Part shown: positions 17,412-26,666 of the stretch, piece by piece
Layout of the letters: the number at the start of each line of letters is the position of its first letter
How positions within the stretch are numbered: the first letter of the stretch is position 1
Assembly: GCA_044376115.1 (NCBI GenBank)
Contig: JBILLK010000027.1
Span: 32,001 to 96,000, forward strand
Source of the DNA: Polyangiaceae bacterium
GTDB taxonomy: Bacteria; Myxococcota_A; Polyangia; Polyangiales; Polyangiaceae
Length of the DNA: 64,000 bases
Direction: 5' to 3'
Translations under genes and position numbers: made by a program
Notes under the pieces: model-generated
The model's input: the letters and a program-made list of their open reading frames with translations, nothing else
The model's database searches: none
Told to the model about the DNA's origin: nothing

Positions 17412-19628
17412 ATGATGCGAAGCAAGAAGCTCATTCAGTCCGTCGCCGTCGCCGGTCTGTTTTCTCTTGGGCTGGGAACCGTTGCGGCGGGGTGCCTCAA
17501 TCGGCCCCTCGATCGCGTCGACCCGCGAACGACCTCCACCGTGATCGAGCGTCTTCAGCAGAACGGCGTCGATAAGATCGACCTACTGCTCGCGATCGAC
17601 AACTCGATCTCGATGGGTGACAAGCAAGAGATCCTTGCAGACGCCGTCCCCGTGTTGGTGAAGCGTCTCGTCGAGCCTCGCTGCGTCGATGAGGCGGGCG
17701 ACCCCACGGGCGTCAACGTCGATGCAACGGGTGATTGCGCGGACGGTACCAAGCCTGAATTCCCGCCGATCCGCGATATCAACGTCGGCTTGATCAGCTC
17801 CTCGCTCGGTGATCTCACGAGCGGCGCCTGCACTGGCGCCACCGTTCTACACCCCGATGACAAGGCGCACCTCCTGTCTCGCGGTGTCACCGCCGCTGAG
17901 ACCTACAAGGGGCTTGGCTTCCTCGCCTGGGATCCGGACAACAAGCGTGGAGGCGCCACCGACCCGGACGCCATCATCGGCACTCTCGGTGAGATGGTCG
18001 TCGGCGTGGACCAGGTCGGTTGCGGTTACGAGATGCAGCTCGAGTCGATCTTGCGCTTCCTCGTTGACCCCGAGCCGTATGAGAGCCTCCAGGTGGAGAG
18101 CTCCAAGTTGAAGAAGGTCGGCGTTGACCAAGTTCTGCTCGACCAACGCAAAGACTTCCTGCGGCCCGACTCGCTCGTCGCCGTGCTCATCCTCTCCGAC
18201 GAGAACGACTGCTCGGTGGACGTGAGTCAGCAAGGCTTCCTTGCCCTCAAGGGGCCGTTCTTCAAGGCCACCAGCGAGTGCGCGACCGACCCGAACGATC
18301 CCTGCTGCTCGAGCTGTGGTCTCCCGGTGGAGTCAGGCTGTGACGCTGGCAACAGCTGCGGCACGCCCAAGTACTCAGCCGCGCAAGACCACCCGAACCT
18401 CAAGTGCTTCAACCAGAAGCAGCGGTACGGCGTGAACTTCCTCTACCCGGTTCAGCGCTACATCAACGCGCTCACCCAGACGAAGATCAACCCCGCCCGT
18501 CGCGACTACGACGGCAACGAGGATCCGTCCAAGTCGGTGGCCAACCCGCTCTATTCCGACCTCGCTGGCACCGGCGGCACCATCCGAAGCCCTGATCTCG
18601 TGTTCGTCGCCGGTATCGTTGGTGTGCCGTGGCAAGCCATCTCTCGCCGGGATGACGCAGGCAATCCGGACCTGAAGCTCGGCTTCAAGACCTTCAGCGA
18701 GCTTCAAGACGATCTCGACGCCCTGGTTGGTGATCCCGACACAGCCAAGCCGCCGACCGATCCGTTCATGATCGAGGACTTCAACAAGCGCTCAGGCACC
18801 AGCACCATCCTGAACGCCTCGCTGCCCGGGACCAACCCGATCAACGGCAACGACTACACCATCCCCACCACCGAGCCGGACAACCTCCAGTACGCCTGTA
18901 TCTTCCCGCTGAAGACGCCGGTACCGGCAAGCCTGGATTGCGGTGATTGCACCGACGCTTCGTGTGACAACCCGCTCTGCAACAACACGATTCAAGAGTC
19001 TGCAAAGGCCTATCCCGGTCTTCGCGAGTTGGCTCTTCTCCGCGGCCTCGGTTCGCAAGCCATCTTCGCCTCGATCTGCCCGGCAGTTGCCGTCGGCGAC
19101 CCGACGGCGGACGATTACGGCTACAACCCCGCCGTCAACACCATCATCGACCGTCTGAAGGAAGAGCTCGGCGGTCAGTGTCTGCCCCGCAAGTTGAGCC
19201 CCGACGCCGAAGGCAACGTTCCCTGCCTCGTTATCGAAGCCTCGAAGGTCGACGGCGCCTGCGATTGCAGCGACAGCATCGGCCGTACGCCCATCCCCGA
19301 GAAGCTCGACGACGGTTCGGAGAACCCGACCTACAACGCAGTGAAGGCCGCCCAGAGTGACGAGTTCGCGGACGACTGGAACTGCTTCTGCGAAATCAAT
19401 CAGATCGCTGCTGGTGACGAGCGCGACGCTTGTCTCACCAACGCCGACGCCAACGCTGCGGCCCAGGGCGATGGTTGGTGCTACATCGACGGCGCCTCGG
19501 TTCCCCCCGTCGGGGACCCGGAGTTGGTGGCTACCTGCCCCGCCAATGAGCGTCGCCTGATGCGCTTCGTCGGCAAGGGTGAAGCCCGCGCGGGAGCCAC
19601 GTTGTTCATCACCTGCTCCGGCGAGTGA
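17412..19628 (+). CDS. Cys-rich vWA/MIDAS-like lipoprotein, paralog 2
   Basis: GAGG SD; lipobox AAG|C; KIDLLLAIDNSISM, LSDENDCS; collinear with paralog 1 to the C-terminal ITCSGE. Confidence 0.85.
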   Translation: MMRSKKLIQSVAVAGLFSLGLGTVAAGCLNRPLDRVDPRTTSTVIERLQQNGVDKIDLLLAIDNSISMGDKQEILADAVPVLVKRLVEPRCVDEAGDPTGVNVDATGDCADGTKPEFPPIRDINVGLISSSLGDLTSGACTGATVLHPDDKAHLLSRGVTAAETYKGLGFLAWDPDNKRGGATDPDAIIGTLGEMVVGVDQVGCGYEMQLESILRFLVDPEPYESLQVESSKLKKVGVDQVLLDQRKDFLRPDSLVAVLILSDENDCSVDVSQQGFLALKGPFFKATSECATDPNDPCCSSCGLPVESGCDAGNSCGTPKYSAAQDHPNLKCFNQKQRYGVNFLYPVQRYINALTQTKINPARRDYDGNEDPSKSVANPLYSDLAGTGGTIRSPDLVFVAGIVGVPWQAISRRDDAGNPDLKLGFKTFSELQDDLDALVGDPDTAKPPTDPFMIEDFNKRSGTSTILNASLPGTNPINGNDYTIPTTEPDNLQYACIFPLKTPVPASLDCGDCTDASCDNPLCNNTIQESAKAYPGLRELALLRGLGSQAIFASICPAVAVGDPTADDYGYNPAVNTIIDRLKEELGGQCLPRKLSPDAEGNVPCLVIEASKVDGACDCSDSIGRTPIPEKLDDGSENPTYNAVKAAQSDEFADDWNCFCEINQIAAGDERDACLTNADANAAAQGDGWCYIDGASVPPVGDPELVATCPANERRLMRFVGKGEARAGATLFITCSGE

Positions 19629-19646
19629 TCGAACCGTTCGTGTGAA

Positions 19647-19685
19647 GAGAGGGCTCGGCCGAAAGGTCGGGCCCTTTTCGTTTTG
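19647..19685 (+). terminator. Rho-independent terminator
   Basis: AGGGCTCGGCC-GAAA-GGTCGGGCCCT stem followed by TTTCGTTTT. Confidence 0.85.
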
Positions 19686-19721
19686 TGGTTCTTGAAGGTT
19701 GGAGTCGTATCGAGGAGGCCG

Positions 19722-20348
19722 CTACGGCCGTGGGTAGGGGCGGCGCAAAATCACGAGCAGGCTCGCTACCGCCAACAGCGTGCCCAGGCCCGCAACCGAG
19801 ACCTCTGCATGCTCGATGCTCGCAAGCAGCGTTCGCGCGAGCAGCCCGGGTTCGGGCTGGGGTGGAGGGGTGCCGCTGAGCTGCAGCTCGCTTTGGCGGC
19901 ATTCGGCGCCGCGGCAGGCCATGCTGCACAGCAGAAGGTCGTGACGGTCGCCATGAAATGTGAGCACGTGGTGCACGCGAAACGGCGTGCCCTCGCTTCC
20001 CAATCCCTCGAGCAGCTGCTCGTATTGTGCGAGGCTTCCGTCACGTGTGAGAGTGGTCAGCCGCGCTGGCTTCTGCTCGAAGTTGGAGAGCGCGAGCCAG
20101 GTGGCCTTCTCGAACAGCACGCTCTGCACACCGTCCACAAAACGTGAGGAGGCGCCAGTTACGCATCCGGCAAACCAGCGTGTCGTCAACCCTTCGAAGC
20201 GCTGCGCCGAGGTCACCGTCGCTCCTGGCAGGCGACTCACATCGATGGGGACGTCATGAACCGAAACGGGCTCGGGGAGCAGCAGTTCAAGGCTGTGGGT
20301 CTTGGCATCAAATAGCCGGATTGGGCGATCAGTTTTCGCCCCAGCCAT
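19722..20348 (-). CDS. Hypothetical protein with C-terminal TM helix
   Basis: Overlaps the MerR gene end; hydrophobic C-terminus followed by RRP. Start uncertain. Confidence 0.55.
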   Translation of the reverse strand: MAGAKTDRPIRLFDAKTHSLELLLPEPVSVHDVPIDVSRLPGATVTSAQRFEGLTTRWFAGCVTGASSRFVDGVQSVLFEKATWLALSNFEQKPARLTTLTRDGSLAQYEQLLEGLGSEGTPFRVHHVLTFHGDRHDLLLCSMACRGAECRQSELQLSGTPPPQPEPGLLARTLLASIEHAEVSVAGLGTLLAVASLLVILRRPYPRP

Positions 20349-20766
20349 CGAGCTCTCCGAGCAAGCTGCGAAGTTGGTCACGAACGTTCATCAGCCGTTC
20401 ACGGACAGCCACCATCGCTGACGCTCCCACCTGCGGCACCGGCGGTTCAACCTGCGCTACCGCTGCTTCGACCGCCGGCTCCACTGCGGTTCCGTCTTTG
20501 AGCTTGCGCTTGGCTCCAGCGATGGTGAAGCGATGGGAGTACAAAAGCTCTTTGACTTTGAGCAGTGTGTCAACGTCTCGTCGCGAGTAGATGCGCTGAC
20601 CGCGTGCAGACTTCTGCGGCCTGACCGACTTGAACTCGCTCTCCCAATAGCGGAGCACGTGCGGTTCAACGCCAACGATGCTCGAAACCTCGCCGATGCG
20701 AAAATAGAGCTTCTGCAGCTTGTCCTGGCGGTCTTGTGCACTCATCGTCGCGGCAGCCGGCAGCAT
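20329..20766 (-). CDS. MerR-family regulator (ihfA-adjacent type)
   Basis: KLYFRIGEVS...PHVLRYWESEF...P.K..GQRIY...FTIAGAK. Confidence 0.92.
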   Translation of the reverse strand: MLPAAATMSAQDRQDKLQKLYFRIGEVSSIVGVEPHVLRYWESEFKSVRPQKSARGQRIYSRRDVDTLLKVKELLYSHRFTIAGAKRKLKDGTAVEPAVEAAVAQVEPPVPQVGASAMVAVRERLMNVRDQLRSLLGELDGWGEN

Positions 20767-20799
20767 GACCGCACGACGCCGACTTCGTCAACAGGCGTC

Positions 20800-21138
20800 T
20801 CAGGAAGCTGCGTCAGCTTTCACCGAGTGGTCACTCGACTCGGGCCCCGACTTTCCCCGGTCCGGGTTGAGCCCGTGCTTCAGAATATTGCTCGGTTTGA
20901 AGCTCAAAACTCGGCGGCCGGTGATGATCATCGGCTCTCCAGTCTTTGGATTGCGACCCTGCCGCGGGCGCTTATCGCGAAGTACGAAGTTGCCGAATCC
21001 GGAAACCTTGATCCGCTCTCCTCGCCCAAGCGTCTCCTTCATCGAGTCGAAGACCAGCTCCACGAGATCCGCTGCTTCCTTCTTCGAGAAGCCACCAAGC
21101 TTCTCGTAGATGGCTTGAACGATGTCCGCCTTTGTCAT
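20800..21138 (-). CDS. ihfA: Integration host factor alpha subunit
   Basis: MTKADIV, IKVSGFGNF.LRDK..RQGRNPKTGE, RRVLSFKPS; MerR gene downstream as usual for ihfA. Confidence 0.9.
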   Translation of the reverse strand: MTKADIVQAIYEKLGGFSKKEAADLVELVFDSMKETLGRGERIKVSGFGNFVLRDKRPRQGRNPKTGEPMIITGRRVLSFKPSNILKHGLNPDRGKSGPESSDHSVKADAAS

Positions 21139-21166
21139 GCTCCCACCCCAGTTTCAGCGGGAGCAT
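21137..21166 (-). promoter_or_regulatory. 5'UTR hairpin pairing the ihfA SD and start codon
   Basis: mRNA AUGCUCCCGCU-GAAACUGG-GGUGGGAGCAU(G): 11-bp stem with two G-U pairs, covering GGGAG and AU of the AUG. Confidence 0.55.
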
Positions 21167-21213
21167 AGGACGACGGTCATTCGACCTCAAGCCTAGAGGC
21201 GCGTAGGCCGCAA

Positions 21214-22782
21214 CTAACTAATCACGACTCCCTCGGTGCGCTGTTCGGTGGCGCGACCGGGGATGGGCGTTGGCGTTGCTTCAGCGTCCGCGACGACAGC
21301 TCCTACAGCGAATCGTCGGCGACCGCTCAGCTGTTCGCGCGTGACAAGCAGCGCGACGTAGCCGTAACCGAACGCAAACAGTGCGGCGAAGGGCGTTGCG
21401 AACCAGTGCCCCTCGAGCACTGACACAGCGACGCTCGCGAGCGAAACCAGGAAGAAAAGCCCTTCAGTGAACGGCAGGTCGGATGCGATGCGGTAACGGT
21501 GACGGTTGCTGCCTTGCTTCGGCGTCCGAACGAACTCACCAGCCATGTTGCGCACGCCGTCGAAGACAGCGCGGCTCATGTGCGGGGCGAGGCCGGTGCC
21601 CATCGCGATCATCAACGGCAAGTGGAGCAGCGCGTCGGTTCGGGCGCGGCCCTGAGCGCGCATCGCCTCGACGTAGAACGCTGCGAGCGAGCCGGTGGTT
21701 GCGAGCAGGAGCGGCAGGTCCACCAGGAAAAGGTTGATCGCTGAGCCGTCACCAGCGGGGAGGAAGATCAGCGAGGGTAGGAGCAACAAGCTCAACAGTA
21801 CGATCAGCGGGTAAGCGAAGTGGGGCGTGAGATGAAAGAACGCTTCGATCTTGTGCAGCAGCGGTAGGTCGGAGGACATCACCCGGCGCATCAGCTTACG
21901 TGCCGTTTGAACGGTGCCCTTGGCCCAGCGGTACTGTTGCGCCCGCACCGCCGAGACCTCTTCCGGGAGTTCCGACGGCGTTACGACGTCTTCGCGGTAA
22001 ACGAACTTCCAGCCGCGAAGCTGGGCTCGGTACGAAAGATCGAGGTCTTCGGTCAGCGTGTCGTGTTGCCAACCACCAGCGTCGGCGATCGCCTCGCGCC
22101 GCCACATGCCGCCGGTCCCGGAGAAGTTGAAGAAGTAACCGCCAGCGAAGCGAGCGCGGTTCTCGACGAGGTGGTGACCGTCGAGCTGCAGGCCTTGCGA
22201 ACGCGTCAGCAAGGAGACCTCACGGTTGATGTGACCCCAGCGGGTTTGCACCATCGCTACCTTCGGATCGTTGAAGTGCCCAACGATCGATCGCAGGAAG
22301 GAGGCTTGCGGGATGAAGTCAGCGTCGAAGATGGCGATCAGCGAGCCCTTGGCCGTTTGCAGTCCATTGTCGAGCGCGCCGGCTTTGTAGCCCACGCGGT
22401 TGACGCGGTGGATATACGAAGCATCGAGCCCGTGTGCGCGCAGGCGCTCAACGTGCGCGTGGGCGATCGACTGGGTCTCGTCGGTCGAGTCATCCAGGAC
22501 CTGAATCTCAAGGCGGCTGGCCGGGTAGTCCAAGTGAGCGACAGCGTCCAAGAGACGGTTTGTTACCGTCGATTCATTGAACAGCGGCAGCTGCACCGTC
22601 ACGACCGGTAGTTCTTCCTCCGGTACGATGGGCGTACTTTTGTGCGCATCCAGCTTCTTGCGATGCCCATGGCAAAGCAGCACTAGATACATGCGGTGAA
22701 CGCCGTAGGCAGAAAGGACCGCCACGACGCCGAAATAAAGGACGCAAAGGACGAGAACCACTGGCTGCCGTCGACTTAACAT
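21214..22782 (-). CDS. Membrane GT2 glycosyltransferase (cellulose-synthase-like family)
   Basis: DDSTD, KAGAL, FDADF, TEDLD, QQYRW; multiple TM helices. Confidence 0.93.
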   Translation of the reverse strand: MLSRRQPVVLVLCVLYFGVVAVLSAYGVHRMYLVLLCHGHRKKLDAHKSTPIVPEEELPVVTVQLPLFNESTVTNRLLDAVAHLDYPASRLEIQVLDDSTDETQSIAHAHVERLRAHGLDASYIHRVNRVGYKAGALDNGLQTAKGSLIAIFDADFIPQASFLRSIVGHFNDPKVAMVQTRWGHINREVSLLTRSQGLQLDGHHLVENRARFAGGYFFNFSGTGGMWRREAIADAGGWQHDTLTEDLDLSYRAQLRGWKFVYREDVVTPSELPEEVSAVRAQQYRWAKGTVQTARKLMRRVMSSDLPLLHKIEAFFHLTPHFAYPLIVLLSLLLLPSLIFLPAGDGSAINLFLVDLPLLLATTGSLAAFYVEAMRAQGRARTDALLHLPLMIAMGTGLAPHMSRAVFDGVRNMAGEFVRTPKQGSNRHRYRIASDLPFTEGLFFLVSLASVAVSVLEGHWFATPFAALFAFGYGYVALLVTREQLSGRRRFAVGAVVADAEATPTPIPGRATEQRTEGVVIS

Positions 22783-22798
22783 CCACCTGACCCGGCAT

Positions 22799-22824
22799 TG
22801 TCACGAAGTTGTAATTCTTTGTAT
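22799..22824. promoter_or_regulatory. Phased direct repeats (OmpR/PhoB-box-like)
   Basis: TGTCA-N6-TGTAA-N5-TGTAT in a divergent intergenic region. Confidence 0.35.
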
Positions 22825-22904
22825 GACTCTGTCGGGCCGGCCCGGTTCCGAGCCCGGCGATGGTGCTTCATGCGGCTGGTTCCAAGGACTAGACTTCGCG
22901 CCGC

Positions 22905-25900
22905 ATGGCTTCCCGACAGCGCCAAATCCTTGGTTATTCGCTTCACGGTTTAGCGGCACTCCTGCCGCTTGGTTTGGGCCTGAGCGCGGCTTCCTGCGAC
23001 GGAAAGGCGCCCGTGGAGTTCGGTCGGACCCCGGCGGGCGACGGGGCCACGGTCCGGTTTGACTTGGGCCACACCCCGCTGCCCGATATTCCGTTGCCGA
23101 GCGATACCGCTACCTGGCCCGATCCCACGAGTCGAACCGGCCTCCGGCTGAACGCCAGCCTAATTGCACCAACGGCGATCGAACGAGACGCGCGCGAGCG
23201 GTTCGACCGTTTGGAGGGCTGGGGCACCTTCGCGCCCATCACCGTCTCCTTCGATCTCGCGCAGGTTGGCGGGGAGCCGCGAGAGGCTGCGCAGGCCGCC
23301 ATCGATCTGGCCAACATCAAGGCTCGTCACCACCGCGACGACTACGACTTCGCGAACGACGCCATTTATGTGATCAACCTAGCGACCGGGGTCCCGGTTC
23401 CGCTCGACGTCGGCAACGGCAATTTCGAGTTCACGCTCAAGCGGCTCGACCGCTACTGGCCCAACGATACGCGCGCCAGCGAGCGCAACCTCGTCTTCGA
23501 CACGCGCGACGAGTCCTCGCGCGGGGTCATTTCTCGCGACGCCTTCCTGCCCGAACTCGATACCGACTTCGACGGTAACCTCGACATCCCCAATCTCGAC
23601 GAGCCCTTCGCCTGCGGTGAGCCCGACCCGGTCTGTGATGATCCTCGCAACGCCGACTACGAGAGCGACACCTGCTTGGAGCTGCGTCGGGACCGCGATC
23701 GCTGCATCACCGATCACTTGGTCACGTTCTACGAGCGTGAAACCGACACGTTGATCGTGCGGCCGCTGGTCCCGCTCGATGAAATGACCAAGTACGCGGT
23801 AGTGCTCACCGACCGCCTCGTCGACGCGAACGGAAACGCCGTGCGCTCCCCGTTCAATGCGGTCTTCCACGCGTCGCAGCGGCCGCAGGCGGAGCGTGTG
23901 ATGCGAGCGCTCGATGACGCCACACACCTTGCTTACTTCGGCGACATCGCAGGCACCGGGCTCGAGCACGTGGCCTTTACCTGGTCCTTCACCACGCAAC
24001 CCACCGTGTCGGACATGAAGCTCTTGCGAGACGGTCTGTTCGGCTCGGGGCCGTTCGCCGATTTCGAGGACAAATACCCTGCGCAGCTCGAGTTGCGTCG
24101 GGCCGTTGGCAAGACCGCTGATCTGGAGGAAGGCGCCACCGATCCAGCCGCCTGGGAGCAGGACCCGCAGTGTCTCGACAAGGTGGACAACCTCTACATC
24201 GTGCGCGTGGACGAGATCCGGGACACCTTGGAGCTGGCCGTTTCAGAGCTATTCGGTTCGGGCAACGGGCCGGATACCCAGGCGCTGTTGCGCTCCTTCG
24301 ACGCCATCGACTACCTCGCCATCGGTACGTATCGCACGCCCTATCTGCTTCAGGGCGGTCCTGACAGCATCGATCCCAAGGCCGCCTTCGATCTCGATTT
24401 CACGACTGGCGGCGGGGAGGTGCGTGACGACGTGGTGCAGTTCTTCATGGCCGTACCCAAGGAGACCGCGCAGTTCAAGCAGCCCTTCAACGTGAATCTC
24501 TACGGTCACGGCTACACCGGGAACTTCCTCGAGCCGATTTTGTACGCCGGCAACCTCGCCCAACATGGCCTCGCAACTGTTGGCATCAACGCCATGGGCC
24601 ACGGTCTGGACCTCGGTGACGAGACCACCGAGCTTTTGGCGAAGGGGCTATTTTCTGGGGGCTGCGCGGGGCCTCTCTACGACTCGCTTTTGTCGACGCG
24701 AGGCCGGGATCTCGATGGCAACGGCCGCATCGATTCCGGCGGCGACTTCTGGTCGAGCTACCTCTTTCACACCCGTGACGGCGTGCGCCAATCGGTGCTC
24801 GACCACATCCAGCTCGTACGAATTTTGCGAGCGTTCGGCACCGATGACGGCCGTGCGTTCTGCCGCACCGCAGACTCCGGCTGGGCCAACAAGCCGACCG
24901 ACCAGTGCGACGTCAACGGCGACGGGGAGGCTGAGGTCTTTGGTGATTTCGACGGCAACGGCGTCGCCGACATCGGCGGTCGCGAGGCGAAGTACGGCAC
25001 CTGGGGCGAGTCGTTGGGCGGCATCTTGAGCGGCATTCACGGCGCCGTGGACGCGTACGTCACTTCGGCCTCGCCTGGTTCGGGCGGCGGCGGCCTCACC
25101 GACATTGGCGTGCGCAGCTTCCAAGGCGGCGTGGTCGAGGCGGTGCTGCTGCGGATGTGGGGGCCACTGATTGTGACCGTCCCCTCCGAAGAGCGCGCCG
25201 CTTGCACCGGCAGCTTCTCCGACCCGGCCGACTGCACCACCTGCAAGGCCGGCGAGATTTCGCTGCGCTGGGTGATGCCGGCCCTGAACGACACGGGCGA
25301 GGTCGAGATCCAATGCCTCGAACCGGAGTCCATCCGCGACACCACGGTGCTCATCTACAACAGCGAGAACGATGAGCTGCGCTGCGCGAGCGTGGAGGAC
25401 GATCTGCGGCTGCGTGTCGGCTTGCCTTCAAGCGTAGGGGATCGGGTAACGTTGAGCTTCTACGACGGCGCGCATCAAGTCGAGGACTACGCCTCTTGTC
25501 GTCCGACCTTCAACGGGCAAGACGAGCCGCGCTTGGTCGTCGACAAGTGGGGCAAGGGCCGCTTCCCAACGACCACGCCGGACCCGACCCAAGCAAGCAC
25601 GTGCGCAGGCACCTCCTGCAACTACTTCCAGGGGACCTTCTTCAACGAAGGCGCCGAACTCACGGCTCCCGCCGAGGGGTACGGTCAGATCCGGCAAACC
25701 CCGTCGCTCCGCCGCTTCCTGCAACTCGCCCAGATGGCGCTCGATCCCGGGGATCCTGTGAGCTTTGCGCCCTACTACGCGATCAAGGAGATGACCGATC
25801 CGTTTGGTGAGCCGATCGAGTCGCACGCTGTGCTCACGATCAACACCATTGGAGATATGAACGTGCCGCTCAACTCAGGGATCGCGTTTGCGCGAGCGTC

Positions 25901-26666
25901 GGGCGCACTTCCGTTCCTTCGGCCGGAACAAGCGGTGCTCTATCCGGAGTACGCCGACTACGCGACCCCCACGGCGCTCTTTCAAGCGCTGGGCGGCAAG
26001 ACGCCGAACCAAGATTTGATCGACAATCACGTGATTGAAGGCATCACAGCGCTCGCGCGACATCCTGCTTCACCAGCTTGTGAAACCAGCGCCAACGCCG
26101 ACGTCGATGGAACCTTCACCGACTACGAGGGCAACGAGCTCTCGTGTTACCCCGCGGGTTGCGTCGCTGATCCCGACGTCTGTTACGGCGGGTCCTTCTG
26201 CGATCCAACGGCCGATCGTTGTCTGCCGAACCCACTCGGGAAACGACGTTGTGACGAGGCGCTCTTCGATGCCGACGATCTCGACGAGGGCGCCCATCTT
26301 TATTTCGAGCAGGCCGCCCCGGTGCCTCATCGTTTGGTGCGCTACACAGCTTCAGCCCGCGAGAGTTCGGTGGATGAGGTGTGGCAACCGCGGATCAACG
26401 GCGCGCCGGGCGGGCAAGACGATGCGTGGCAGCCCGCCGCTGGCAAGCGGGTGACTGGGCTGCTCGACGCGTACGTCGTCCCGGAAGGCGTGCATACCTT
26501 CGTCAACGGCAACCCTTGCCAGGCGTTCGATCACGGAACGTATTTGACCAACCTCGTCGGTCGTTTCTTCCAGACAGACGGTACGGACGTCTATTACCTG
26601 TCGCACCCAGCGACCCATCACTGTCTCGAGACCGGTGGCGAGGCCTGCGGATACATCAACCCATGA
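22905..26666 (+). CDS. Large alpha/beta-hydrolase (lipase-like) lipoprotein
   Basis: Signal ending AAS|C; HGYTG oxyanion loop, GESLGG nucleophile elbow, GDMNVP, GVHTF; several DxDxDG loops. Confidence 0.8.
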   Translation: MASRQRQILGYSLHGLAALLPLGLGLSAASCDGKAPVEFGRTPAGDGATVRFDLGHTPLPDIPLPSDTATWPDPTSRTGLRLNASLIAPTAIERDARERFDRLEGWGTFAPITVSFDLAQVGGEPREAAQAAIDLANIKARHHRDDYDFANDAIYVINLATGVPVPLDVGNGNFEFTLKRLDRYWPNDTRASERNLVFDTRDESSRGVISRDAFLPELDTDFDGNLDIPNLDEPFACGEPDPVCDDPRNADYESDTCLELRRDRDRCITDHLVTFYERETDTLIVRPLVPLDEMTKYAVVLTDRLVDANGNAVRSPFNAVFHASQRPQAERVMRALDDATHLAYFGDIAGTGLEHVAFTWSFTTQPTVSDMKLLRDGLFGSGPFADFEDKYPAQLELRRAVGKTADLEEGATDPAAWEQDPQCLDKVDNLYIVRVDEIRDTLELAVSELFGSGNGPDTQALLRSFDAIDYLAIGTYRTPYLLQGGPDSIDPKAAFDLDFTTGGGEVRDDVVQFFMAVPKETAQFKQPFNVNLYGHGYTGNFLEPILYAGNLAQHGLATVGINAMGHGLDLGDETTELLAKGLFSGGCAGPLYDSLLSTRGRDLDGNGRIDSGGDFWSSYLFHTRDGVRQSVLDHIQLVRILRAFGTDDGRAFCRTADSGWANKPTDQCDVNGDGEAEVFGDFDGNGVADIGGREAKYGTWGESLGGILSGIHGAVDAYVTSASPGSGGGGLTDIGVRSFQGGVVEAVLLRMWGPLIVTVPSEERAACTGSFSDPADCTTCKAGEISLRWVMPALNDTGEVEIQCLEPESIRDTTVLIYNSENDELRCASVEDDLRLRVGLPSSVGDRVTLSFYDGAHQVEDYASCRPTFNGQDEPRLVVDKWGKGRFPTTTPDPTQASTCAGTSCNYFQGTFFNEGAELTAPAEGYGQIRQTPSLRRFLQLAQMALDPGDPVSFAPYYAIKEMTDPFGEPIESHAVLTINTIGDMNVPLNSGIAFARASGALPFLRPEQAVLYPEYADYATPTALFQALGGKTPNQDLIDNHVIEGITALARHPASPACETSANADVDGTFTDYEGNELSCYPAGCVADPDVCYGGSFCDPTADRCLPNPLGKRRCDEALFDADDLDEGAHLYFEQAAPVPHRLVRYTASARESSVDEVWQPRINGAPGGQDDAWQPAAGKRVTGLLDAYVVPEGVHTFVNGNPCQAFDHGTYLTNLVGRFFQTDGTDVYYLSHPATHHCLETGGEACGYINP

